This document shows, piece by piece, positions 8,812-17,163 of a stretch of DNA of 64,000 nucleotides (the stretch's first letter is position 1; each line of letters starts with the position of its first letter). A program made the position numbers and the translations under genes. Below the pieces are notes generated by a model. The model was not told the DNA's origin, made no database searches, and worked only from the letters and a program-made list of their open reading frames with translations. This DNA comes from an uncultured Pseudomonadota bacterium (GTDB lineage Bacteria; Myxococcota_A; Polyangia; Fen-1088). The DNA lies in contig CAVSOL010000010.1 of the NCBI GenBank assembly GCA_963729535.1, positions 3,643 through 67,642 on the forward strand, read 5' to 3'.

Positions 8812-9432
8812 GTGAACATTCTGCGTGTCCGCTGCAGGAACCTGGAGGAGTTCGAGGAACACTACCTGCCCGACGTTCCCAACGGCGGGGTCTTCTGCCC
8901 GACGACCACCGAGTTGTCGCCCGGCACGCCGGTCGTGGTCGAGATGGCGTGCGACGGCCTGCCCAACAAGGTGCTCATCCGCGGCATCGTCACCGCCTGG
9001 CGCCCCGCCCTGCCCCGCATGCGCGTCCGCGCCGGCGCGACCGTGGCGTTCGAGGCCGACGAATCGAACAAGCGCGACTTCGTCATCCAGACGTTGCGCG
9101 GCGAGCGCCCCACCACGCGCCGGCGCAAGCACACGCGCATCCCGATCGGCATCCCGTGCAAGATCCGGGTGGCGTCAGGTCTGGAGGCGACCGAGTCCGA
9201 GTTGCGTGAGATCAGCGTCAGTGGCGGGCTCGTGAACGGGCCGCTACAACCTGCGATCGGGACCGACGTCGTGCTAGAGATAACGCCACCGGGTAGCGAA
9301 GCGTCCTTCGACCTCTCGGGCCGCGTCGTCTACCACGCCGGAGAACATCAGACCGGCGTGCGTTTCATCTATCGGGAGGGCGGCGGCTCGCGGCGGCTGC
9401 GCGAGCTGGTCCGGCGCTTCAAGACGATGTAG
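8812..9432 (+). CDS. tandem PilZ-domain protein (putative c-di-GMP receptor)
   Basis: GTG start. The N-terminal half resembles the non-canonical PilZ type (..HYLPDVPNGGVFCPTT..GTPVVVEM..). The C-terminal half has RxxxR (RRRKHTR) and (D/E)xSxxG (EISVSGG). Confidence 0.75.
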   Translation: MNILRVRCRNLEEFEEHYLPDVPNGGVFCPTTTELSPGTPVVVEMACDGLPNKVLIRGIVTAWRPALPRMRVRAGATVAFEADESNKRDFVIQTLRGERPTTRRRKHTRIPIGIPCKIRVASGLEATESELREISVSGGLVNGPLQPAIGTDVVLEITPPGSEASFDLSGRVVYHAGEHQTGVRFIYREGGGSRRLRELVRRFKTM

Positions 9433-9464
9433 CGGAAATCCGCAAGCTGACACAGGAGCCGACT

Positions 9465-9950
9465 ATGCGAACGTGTTTTGCGACCCTGACTCTGCTGGTG
9501 GCGGTCATCGTTTTCTTGGGGGGGACAGCGCGCGCGAGCCATTACGCGCTGGCGGACGTGCCGCGGCTGATGAAACCCGGACAGCTGGAAAAGCTGCAGA
9601 AGGCCAGCGTCACGACGACCAGCGAGCTTCTGGACAAGGCCGCGACGGGCAAGGACCGCAAGGCGCTGGCCAAGGCGTCCGGTCTGGGGGCGGCGGATCT
9701 CCTGGCGCTGGCGCGCCGCTGCGACCTGCTGCGCCTCAAGGGTGTCGGCTCCGAGATGGTGCTGCTGCTCGAGGCCGCGGGGGTCAAGACCACCGCGGAC
9801 CTGGCCAAGCAGCAGCCCGCGGGCCTGATGACGGCCATAACGACCGCCAACAAGACCGCCAAGATAACCGAGAAGCCGCCCACTGAGCCTCAGCTGGCCG
9901 ACTGGATCGACCAGGCGAAGAAACTGCCGCAAGTACTCGAATCTAAATAG
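9465..9950 (+). CDS. secreted DUF4332-like helix-hairpin-helix protein
   Basis: Signal peptide MRTCFATLTLLVAVIVFLGGTARA, then ..DLLRLKGVGSEMVLLLEAAGVKTTADLA.. typical of DUF4332. Confidence 0.6.
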   Translation: MRTCFATLTLLVAVIVFLGGTARASHYALADVPRLMKPGQLEKLQKASVTTTSELLDKAATGKDRKALAKASGLGAADLLALARRCDLLRLKGVGSEMVLLLEAAGVKTTADLAKQQPAGLMTAITTANKTAKITEKPPTEPQLADWIDQAKKLPQVLESK

Positions 9951-10034
9951 ATACGGGGTTGCCCAGAACGAAGCTGATTCGGGAAAGCTCGCTTGTTGTT
10001 TTCTTTCGAAGTTTGTTAGAGTTGGCGACTCCGT

Positions 10035-11879
10035 ATGCCCCCCGCACGTGAATCACTCGCCGTTTCGGGATCCTCGGGACAGATACCAGTGGGGGCCACA
10101 GTAGGTGGGCGTTTCCGCGTCGAGGGGCTGCTGTTTCAGGACGCGGCCAGCCAGACCTACCGCGCCGCGGATCTGAGCCATCGCAACGCAGCGGCGGTTC
10201 GCGTCATTCCGTTGCGCGTGCTGGGAGCCTCGGCTGCGCAGCTGGAGACCGACGTCGAAAACGCCAGCGCCCTGGTTCACAAGAACCTGCTCGAGGTGCT
10301 GACGGTCGGCCGCGAGGCCGACTTCTTCTACATCGCGACCGAGCTGCTCGACGGGCAGACGCTGAGAGAGTTCATCGACGGCAAGAAGCGCGAGGGGCGG
10401 ACGGTGTCCTTCCGCGGCGCGTGCAACCTGGTCACGCACATCGCCAACGGGCTCGAGCGTGCGGCCAGCTCCATGCCCCACGGCGGGCTCAACCCGCTGA
10501 CGATCTGGGTGAACAAGGCCGGGCGGGTGAAGGTGGCCGACCTGGGCCTGGCGCGTACGCTGCCCATGCTGGCGCGCCGTGGTGGTCCGGTCGGGGCACC
10601 CGACCAGGCCTACGTCGCCCCCGAGCTGCTGGCCGGGGCGCCGCCGACGCTGGCGTCCGACAGCTATTCGCTGGGCGTGATTCTGTTCGAGGTGCTGACC
10701 GGCCGGCTACCGGCGCCGAACGCGCGCTCCGCGAGCCAGGGAACTGACGCGCCGCCGGCCGTCGACGCGGTCATCGCCAAGGCGCTGGCGCGCGATCCGA
10801 ACGCACGCTACCGATCGCCGATGGAGCTGCGCCAGGCGCTGGCCCAGCTGCAGTCGGGTGCGGCGAGCGGTGTCTCGTCGGCGGGACCGTCGCCCGCGCC
10901 CGCGGCAGTGGCGCCCGCACCCGCGCAGGCCGCAGTCGAGCAGGCCGAGCGGCCCGCGATGGCGATGGCGATCGCGGCGCAGCCGGCGGCAGCGGCCGAC
11001 GGCCGTCGCACCAGCGGGCGATCATTCAACCTGGCGGAGGTCGCTGGCGGCGCCATCGACGACGCGCAGGAACGCTGGCTGATCCAGAAGGACCGGCTCG
11101 ACTTCGGCCCGTTTTCGCTGGCTCAGATCCGCGCGCAGATCGGGCGCGGCGAGATCCTGGGCGAGCACATGATCGTCGACAGCGACACGGGCGCGCGCAA
11201 GAAGGTGAAGGACTTCCCGGCGCTGCGCGACTTCGCGCGCAACTCGGAGCGGCAGCTGGAGCAGACCCGGCGCGCGCACGCCGAGATCAAGCACGAGAAG
11301 TCGGAGAAGACGAAGTCGTTCTTCACGTTCATGGTCGTCACCATCGCGGTGCTCGGCATCGGCGGCGCGGGCACCTGGTACGTCCTGACCCGCAAGGCGG
11401 CGGACAAGACGCAGCTGGCGGAGCGCAGCGAGGAAGCCGAGATCGACGCGTTCCTCAAGGACGTCAAGCTCAGCTTCCAGCGCGCGAACGTCGCCAAGAA
11501 GGGCAGCGGCGGCGGGCATCGCTCGGGCGGCAGCAGCGTCGCGGGCGACGGCGACTTCAGCAACGACGCCAACTTCGGCGACGCCAGCAAACACGGCTCC
11601 GGGGGCGACGACATCCTGGACGGCGACGTGATCGAAGAGACGATGATGAAGCACTACCGCAGCCTGGTCCCCTGCCTGATGCAGGAGCGGAAGCGCAACG
11701 CCGGCATCTCGGAGATGAGCCTCGACTTCGTCGTGCGCGGCACCGGCAAGGTGTCCGCGGTCAAGGTCAACGGTCAGAAGGGCGGCCCGTTCGCGAACTG
11801 CGTCCTGGGCCGCATGCCGACCTTCCCCAAGTTCAACGGCACCAAGACCATCGCCAGTTGGTCGATGTCGATGCGCTAG
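10035..11879 (+). CDS. Ser/Thr kinase-like pseudokinase with GYF_2-like, TM and AgmX/PglI-type C-terminal domains
   Basis: Kinase fold (..YIATELLDGQTL.., YVAPE, SDSYSLGVILFEVLTG, ..ARDPNARY..), but the catalytic residues are lost: AAAVRVIPL (no VAIK Lys), HGGLNPLTIWV (no HRD Asp), DLG for DFG. Followed by WLIQKDRLDFGPFSLAQIRAQIGRGEI (GYF_2-like), a TM helix FFTFMVVTIAVLGIGGAGTWYVL, and a C-terminus ..HYRSLVPCLMQ..SLDFVVRGTGKVSAVKV..FANCVLGRMPTFPKF. Confidence 0.8.
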   Translation: MPPARESLAVSGSSGQIPVGATVGGRFRVEGLLFQDAASQTYRAADLSHRNAAAVRVIPLRVLGASAAQLETDVENASALVHKNLLEVLTVGREADFFYIATELLDGQTLREFIDGKKREGRTVSFRGACNLVTHIANGLERAASSMPHGGLNPLTIWVNKAGRVKVADLGLARTLPMLARRGGPVGAPDQAYVAPELLAGAPPTLASDSYSLGVILFEVLTGRLPAPNARSASQGTDAPPAVDAVIAKALARDPNARYRSPMELRQALAQLQSGAASGVSSAGPSPAPAAVAPAPAQAAVEQAERPAMAMAIAAQPAAAADGRRTSGRSFNLAEVAGGAIDDAQERWLIQKDRLDFGPFSLAQIRAQIGRGEILGEHMIVDSDTGARKKVKDFPALRDFARNSERQLEQTRRAHAEIKHEKSEKTKSFFTFMVVTIAVLGIGGAGTWYVLTRKAADKTQLAERSEEAEIDAFLKDVKLSFQRANVAKKGSGGGHRSGGSSVAGDGDFSNDANFGDASKHGSGGDDILDGDVIEETMMKHYRSLVPCLMQERKRNAGISEMSLDFVVRGTGKVSAVKVNGQKGGPFANCVLGRMPTFPKFNGTKTIASWSMSMR

Positions 11880-11890
11880 CCGCTCCGCAC

Positions 11891-12320
11891 CCGGGCCCCG
11901 GCCCCGGGCTCGCATCGCTTCGCTCGCTCGCCTTTCTTCCATTGTTGGCCCCAGGGCGGCGCCCTACCCTCGCTCCCACGGTCTCGGGCCCGGCCGAAGG
12001 CCGCCTCATCAGACGTGCGGATCGAGCGCCACCTTCGCGCCCACGCTCACCGCCGCACGTGACTTTTTTCCGGCGCGCAGCTTGCGGCTCGAAATCAAAC
12101 CAAGCTGCGCGCCGGAAAAAAGTTTCAAGCGGCCCGAGGCGTCCGGGGACAACCAGGCGACGGCGCCGCGCGAGTCGTAGCCGAGGCGCGTCTGGCGGAC
12201 GCGGGGCGGGCAGCGGCGTCACGAGCGTGCGGCGGACGCGAGGCGCGCCGTATGCCTCCGCGCGGGCGGGCGAGCGAGCGAAGCGATGCGAGCAGCGGGG
12301 GCGGGCGCAAGGCGCCGGGG
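11891..12320. repeat. palindromic MITE-like intergenic element, copy 1 (boundaries approximate)
   Basis: 25-bp perfect terminal inverted repeats GCTCGCATCGCTTCGCTCGCTCGCC at 11908-11932 and 12269-12293. A central 22/22-bp hairpin at 12063-12084 / 12101-12122. An adjacent hairpin ACGTGCGG 12013-12020 / CCGCACGT 12053-12060. No credible ORF. A homologous copy lies at 33.7-34.2 kb. Confidence 0.7.
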
Positions 12321-12337
12321 GAAGGGGCGCGGGAGGC

Positions 12338-12631
12338 CTAGCGGAACCCGGCCGACCGCTCTTTACCCTGCGCGGGGGCGGCGAGCTTGAAGCCCAGCAC
12401 GTCCTCGTAGGCGAAGGCGTAGCGTTCGTCCTTCGCTGTCGCCAGCGACACGTAGTGTTCCTTGAGCTCGACGCGCACGACGCGCGCAATGCCCATCAGC
12501 TCGCCGGGCGCGGAGATGAAGCAGGTGGCTTCGCGTTCCTCGCGAATCTTGAACGAGCCGCCGCGTCCTTCAGCGCCCTCGCCTTCCAGGATGTTTGTGA
12601 TGATCTCGCGGGTCATGTGCGTGTGAAGCAT
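12338..12631 (-). CDS. hypothetical small protein (92-97 aa)
   Basis: ORF with high GC3 and ordinary composition (MTREIITNILEGEG...YAFAYEDVLGFKL). The start is at 12631 or at ATG 12616. No family recognised. Confidence 0.55.
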   Translation of the reverse strand: MLHTHMTREIITNILEGEGAEGRGGSFKIREEREATCFISAPGELMGIARVVRVELKEHYVSLATAKDERYAFAYEDVLGFKLAAPAQGKERSAGFR

Positions 12632-12654
12632 AGTCCATCGCTATACTCCCGTCG

Positions 12655-14964
12655 ATGCTGGCCGCTCACGCGCTGTGTGCGCTGGTCATTGCGACTGCTG
12701 ACTTTGCGGACTTCTCCTGGCCGGGCGCGCTGGAGGCGGACGCGCAGGCGATTGCCAAGCTGCCCTCGCCCCAGCGGCTGCGCGCCCTGGAGGCGCTGCT
12801 GGCGGGCGCGGGCGCCGAGGCCTTGCCCTTGCTGACGCCGCTGCTCGCCGACAGCAACCCGCTGGTGCGCCAGTTCGCGGCGCGACGGCTGGCGCGGGCC
12901 GGCCACCCGGCGGCGCTGGACGCCGCCACGCGCTGGATCGTGACGCCGCCGGTGCCGCTCGCCGACCGCGGCCTGGGACTGGATGTGCTGCGCGAGGCCC
13001 CCACGCTGACGCCCGCGGCCCGCCAGGCGGTCGAACGCGCGCTGCGCGACTCCGACGGCGCCATCCGCGTCGCCGCGCTGGAGACGCTGGAACGCCACGA
13101 CGTCGGCCCGTCGATAGCGCCGGTGATCGCCGCCATCGACGACGACAACCGCGAGGTTCGCCTGCGCGCCGTCCGGCTCGCGGGGCTGGCCGCCGACGCG
13201 CGCGCTGTCCTGCCGCTGCTCGGCCGGCTGGAGGACGGCGATCGACAGGTTCGTCTCGAGGCGATTCGCGCGCTCAGCAGCCACCCGCGCGCGGCGCCCG
13301 CGTTGCTGCGCCTGGCGAGCGAAGGGAACGACGACGCGCGCACCGCGGCGGTCGACGCGCTCGGCGCGGCGCGCGTCGAGGCGGCGTTGCCGAACCTGAT
13401 CGCGCTGGCACGCCGGCGCCCGCTCGACGACCTCGGCCGCCGCGCGCAGCTCGCGATCGGCAAGATCGCATCGCCCCCCGCGCTGACGGCGCTGGCCAGC
13501 TTGCTCCGATCGCCTCCAGTCTCCGACGAGACCAAGGCCGCCCTCACGAGCTCGGGCGCTGCCGCCATTCCCGTGCTGCTTCGGGAGCTCGAAAAGGGGA
13601 CGCCCACCAGCGCGGCCATCGCCGCGGCGTTGCTGGGCGACATCGGCGATCGGCGCGCGACGGCGGCGCTGATGACCGCGGCCGAGCGGCGGCCGGACCT
13701 GGCGCCGGCGGCGCTGGAGGCGATCGCGCGCCTCGCGGATCCGACGGCCGTGCCCAAGCTGGCACGCGCCGCCGAATCGGCCGACCTGGAGACGCGTCGC
13801 CGGGCCTACGCCGCGCTGCTGGCGATCGGAGACGAGCGCGCCACCGCCGTCGTCGACCGGGGCTTCGCCGATCCCGATCCACACATCCGCATGCTCACCG
13901 CGCGTCTGGCGGCGGCGGTCGCGGCGCCCAACGTCAGTCCGGTGCTGGCGGCGTTGCTCGCGGATCCCGACCACGACGTCCGGCGCGCGGCCGCGCACAC
14001 GCTGGCGATCGCCGCCCGTCCCGGCGGTGCGTCCGCGGCGACGCGCGGCCCGGACGTGATCGGCGTGATGCTCGATGCGCTGACCAGACACGGAACCCCC
14101 GAGCGCGGCGCGGATGAATGGCGCCACATCGCCGACGCGTTCGAGCGCCTGGTCGATGCACGCGACGCCGGGCGCGTCACGGCCGCGTGGCGCGCGGCGC
14201 ACGGGCCACTGCGCATCGCGCTGGTGCGCGCCGTCGCGGCGGCCTATGCGGGGCAGCCGTCCGACGCCGCGGGCCTGATCCCCGACCTGCTGGCGGCGAT
14301 CGACGGCGGCGGCGCGAACGCGCGCGCGGCGGCGGATGCGCTCGCCGTGCTTCGCATCTCCGACGACGCGCGCGCCCCCCTGGCGCGCGCGTTCGCCGCC
14401 GCCGATGCCGCAACCCGCGCCCGCCTGTGTCCGGCGATCGCGCAGACGCCGGGGGGCGGCGCCTGGCTGGCGTCTCTGGTCATGGCTGACGCAGAGCCGC
14501 CGGAGGTGCGCGCTGCCGCCGCGTGGTCCGCGCGCGGCAACAGTGACGCGAAGGATGCCCTCACCGCCGCGGCCGCGGTGGATGACGGCCCGGTGAGCGC
14601 GAACGCGCGCGCCGCACTGGCGGCCGGCGCGGCATCGCCGGCGGCTGTGTGGGCAGCCGCACGGCTGGCCGCCACCGACGGCAGCGACGTCGTCGGCCGC
14701 TGGGTGACCGTCAGCGCCGCGGGCGGCGTCGTGGTTTGGGCGAAGACGGACGCCGAGGGCGCGATCCGCGTCCACGGCTTGCCGGCGGGCGCGGCCGCGC
14801 TGCGCGCGGCGGACCCGACGCTTCGCCTCGCTGCAAGCGCGCTCAAGCGCACCAAGCGCGTCAAGCGCACAATGACCGCCGCGATCACGGCAGGCAGATC
14901 GCCGGCCGCGACGCCGTCGCCGAGACCGGCCTCGAGATCGACGCCGGCGACGCCGTGGACGTAG
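12655..14964 (+). CDS. HEAT/PBS-lyase-repeat protein with C-terminal beta-sandwich-like segment
   Basis: Many repeats of the type D.N..VR..A...L...G (DSNPLVRQFAARRLARAG, DGAIRVAALETLE, DDNREVRLRAVRLAG, EDGDRQVRLEAIRALS, DPDPHIRMLTARLA, DPDHDVRRAAAHTLA). The end ..GRWVTVSAAGGVVVWAKTDAEGAIRVHGLP.. The last ~100 nt overlap the convergent nnr, so the 3' end is uncertain. Confidence 0.7.
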   Translation: MLAAHALCALVIATADFADFSWPGALEADAQAIAKLPSPQRLRALEALLAGAGAEALPLLTPLLADSNPLVRQFAARRLARAGHPAALDAATRWIVTPPVPLADRGLGLDVLREAPTLTPAARQAVERALRDSDGAIRVAALETLERHDVGPSIAPVIAAIDDDNREVRLRAVRLAGLAADARAVLPLLGRLEDGDRQVRLEAIRALSSHPRAAPALLRLASEGNDDARTAAVDALGAARVEAALPNLIALARRRPLDDLGRRAQLAIGKIASPPALTALASLLRSPPVSDETKAALTSSGAAAIPVLLRELEKGTPTSAAIAAALLGDIGDRRATAALMTAAERRPDLAPAALEAIARLADPTAVPKLARAAESADLETRRRAYAALLAIGDERATAVVDRGFADPDPHIRMLTARLAAAVAAPNVSPVLAALLADPDHDVRRAAAHTLAIAARPGGASAATRGPDVIGVMLDALTRHGTPERGADEWRHIADAFERLVDARDAGRVTAAWRAAHGPLRIALVRAVAAAYAGQPSDAAGLIPDLLAAIDGGGANARAAADALAVLRISDDARAPLARAFAAADAATRARLCPAIAQTPGGGAWLASLVMADAEPPEVRAAAAWSARGNSDAKDALTAAAAVDDGPVSANARAALAAGAASPAAVWAAARLAATDGSDVVGRWVTVSAAGGVVVWAKTDAEGAIRVHGLPAGAAALRAADPTLRLAASALKRTKRVKRTMTAAITAGRSPAATPSPRPASRSTPATPWT

Positions 14965-16430
14965 ACCGCGCACTGCGCGGCGGCCAGCGCGTCGCAGCCG
15001 CGCGCCAGCAGCGCCCCGATGACACCCGCGAGCACGTCGCCGCTGCCCGCGGTGGCCAGCGCCGCGCAGGCGATCGGGCTGATGTACGTCGCGCCGTCGG
15101 GCGCGGCGATGATGGTGCGCGCCCCCTTGAGCACGACGATCGCGCCCGTCGCAGCGGCGAGCCGCGTCGCGTGCCCCAGCCGATCCGCCTGCACCGTGGC
15201 GGTCGGCGCTCCCGTCAACCGGCCCATCTCGCCCGGGTGCGGCGTCAACACGCGCGGCGCGGTGGCCTGCATCAGCACCGCCGGGGCGTCCGTCCCCAGC
15301 GCGTTGAGCGCGTCGGCGTCGAGGACCATCGGCTGCGGCGCGGTGGCGGCCACCCGCCGCACGACGTCGCGCATGCGATCGCCAGTGGGGATGCCGGGAC
15401 CGATCACGATCGCCTGCGCGCGCGCGGCCAGCTTGGCGATCGCCCGCGCCGCCGCCTCGGGATCGCCGTCGTCGCTGCTGGCGTACGCGGCGGTCATCAC
15501 CTCGACGACCTTCGCGTCCAGCGCCTTCTGCCCGGCCGCGGTCGACGCCAGCGTGACCAGCCCCGCCCCCGCGCGCAGCGCCGCCTGCCCGACCAGCACC
15601 GCGGCGCCGGTCTTTCCGGGCGAGCCGGCGACCACGAGCAGGTGGCCCGAGCTGGTCTTGTGCGCGGACGGACTGCGGCGCGGCAGGCGCGCACCGACCG
15701 CGGCTCCGTCGAGCAGGAAGCTGCGCGCACCGGCGTCGCCGGGGGTCGGCAGCGGCACGCCAAGACCGACGACCTCGACGCGCCCCACGGGCGCGTCGGC
15801 CTCCAGGTAGAGCCCCAGCTTGCGCTCGCCCATCGTTGCGGTGACGTCGGCGCGGAACACCGCGCCCTCCGCGCGTCCGCTGTCGGCGTCCAGGCCGGAC
15901 GGCACGTCGACCGCCAGCTTGCGCGCGCGCGCCGCGTTCATCGCCGCGATGGCCGTGCCCGGAACGCCGCCGACCGCACCGCGCACGCCGATGCCGAACA
16001 GCGCGTCGACGATCACGCCGGCGCCGGCCAGCGCCGCGCCCCAGCGCGCCGGCTCCGACCAGCCGCTACCGTCTTCGATGGCGACGCTCCCCATCCGCTC
16101 CAGCGCCGCCAGCATCGTCGCGGCGTCGCCATGGATCTTGTCGCGTGGCGCTGCGATCATCACGCGCACCGCAACACCCGCCAGCGCCAGGTGGCGCGCG
16201 GCCACGAAGCCGTCGCCGCCGTTCGCACCCGCGCCGCACACGACGGCGACCGTCCCCTGCCCCACCGCCCCGCCCAGCTCGATGCGCGCGATGTCGGCGA
16301 CGCCGCGGCCTGCGTTCTCCATCAGCAGCAGGCTGGGGATGCCGAACGTCGCGGTCGCGGCGGCATCGGCCGCCCGCATCTGCGCGGCGGTCAGCAGCGG
16401 CGGAAAATTCGCGGCCGGGCGCCGGATCAC
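14861..16430 (-). CDS. nnr: bifunctional NAD(P)H-hydrate epimerase / ADP-dependent dehydratase (3' end inferred)
   Basis: GTG 16430 overlaps the pdxJ stop (GTGA). YjeF-N motifs: VVCGAGANGGDGFVAARHL. Carbohydrate-kinase part: SGHLLVVAGSPGKTGAAVL..VLDADAL..LTPHPGE..VVLKG..TAGSGDVLAGVIGALLA. The ORF stays open to 14244 as a Ala/Ser/Arg-rich antisense tail. The end at ~14.86 kb assumes an indel (TGA at 14861-14863 in the adjacent frame). Confidence 0.7.
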
Positions 16431-17158
16431 CCACGCCCCACCCCGGCCGCGATCGCGGCCCGCAACTCCGATACGGCGGCCTGCATCCCCGTCATCACCG
16501 CGCGCGCGACCAGGCCGTGGCCGATGTGCAGCTCCTCGAGCCCCGGCAGCGCCGCCACCGGGCCGACGTTCGTGTAGTCGAGGCCGTGCCCCGCGCCCAG
16601 GCGCAGCCCCGCGTCGCCGGCCGCGCGCGCCGCCAGCTCCAGCCGCTGCAGCTGCCGCCCGAACTCCTCGCCTCGCGGCGGCGCCAGCGAGTAGTCGCCG
16701 GTGTGCAGCTCGACGGTGCCGACGCCCATGCGCGAGCAAGCTTCCACCACCCGCTGCTCCGGATCGATGAACAGGCTGACGGGGATCCCCGCGTCGGCGA
16801 GGCCACGCACCACCACTTCCAGCGTCCCGCCCGGCGCCACGCTCAAGCCACCCTCGGTCGTCTGCTCCTCACGCTTCTCCGGGACCAGCGTGCACATGTC
16901 GGGCTTCACGTCGCGCGCGATCGCCAGCATCTCGGGGGTGGCGGCCATCTCCAGGTTGAGGACGCCGCGGACGGTCTCGCGCAGCACGTGCACGTCGCGG
17001 TCCTGGATGTGCCGCCGATCCTCGCGCAGGTGCACGGTGATGCCGTCGGCGCCCGCCAGCTCGCACAGCGCGGCCGCGACCACGGGGTCTGGGTAGCGGG
17101 TTCCGCGCTGCTGGCGAAGTGTGGCGACGTGGTCGACGTTGATGTGAAGGCGGATCAT
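16427..17158 (-). CDS. pdxJ: pyridoxine 5'-phosphate synthase
   Basis: MIRLHINVDHVATLRQQRGTRYPDPV...GITVHLREDRRHIQDRDV...ELHTG.Y typical of PdxJ. Confidence 0.9.
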   Translation of the reverse strand: MIRLHINVDHVATLRQQRGTRYPDPVVAAALCELAGADGITVHLREDRRHIQDRDVHVLRETVRGVLNLEMAATPEMLAIARDVKPDMCTLVPEKREEQTTEGGLSVAPGGTLEVVVRGLADAGIPVSLFIDPEQRVVEACSRMGVGTVELHTGDYSLAPPRGEEFGRQLQRLELAARAAGDAGLRLGAGHGLDYTNVGPVAALPGLEELHIGHGLVARAVMTGMQAAVSELRAAIAAGVGRG

Positions 17159-17163
17159 TCCGT

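Noticed and set aside
12063-12122. Central hairpins of the repeat elements (also 33913-33972) read as rho-independent terminators for the convergent flanking genes.
   Set aside because: The T-run lies 5' of the stem and the A-run 3' of it on both strands. They pair with each other as part of the stem, so no U-tract follows the hairpin in either direction. Terminator function is not excluded, but the canonical signature is absent.
12613-14973. 786-codon ORF antisense to the HEAT-repeat gene.
   Set aside because: It is extremely Arg/Gly/Ala/Pro-rich with no motifs. This is the typical shadow ORF of a GC-rich coding strand. The + strand shows clear HEAT periodicity.
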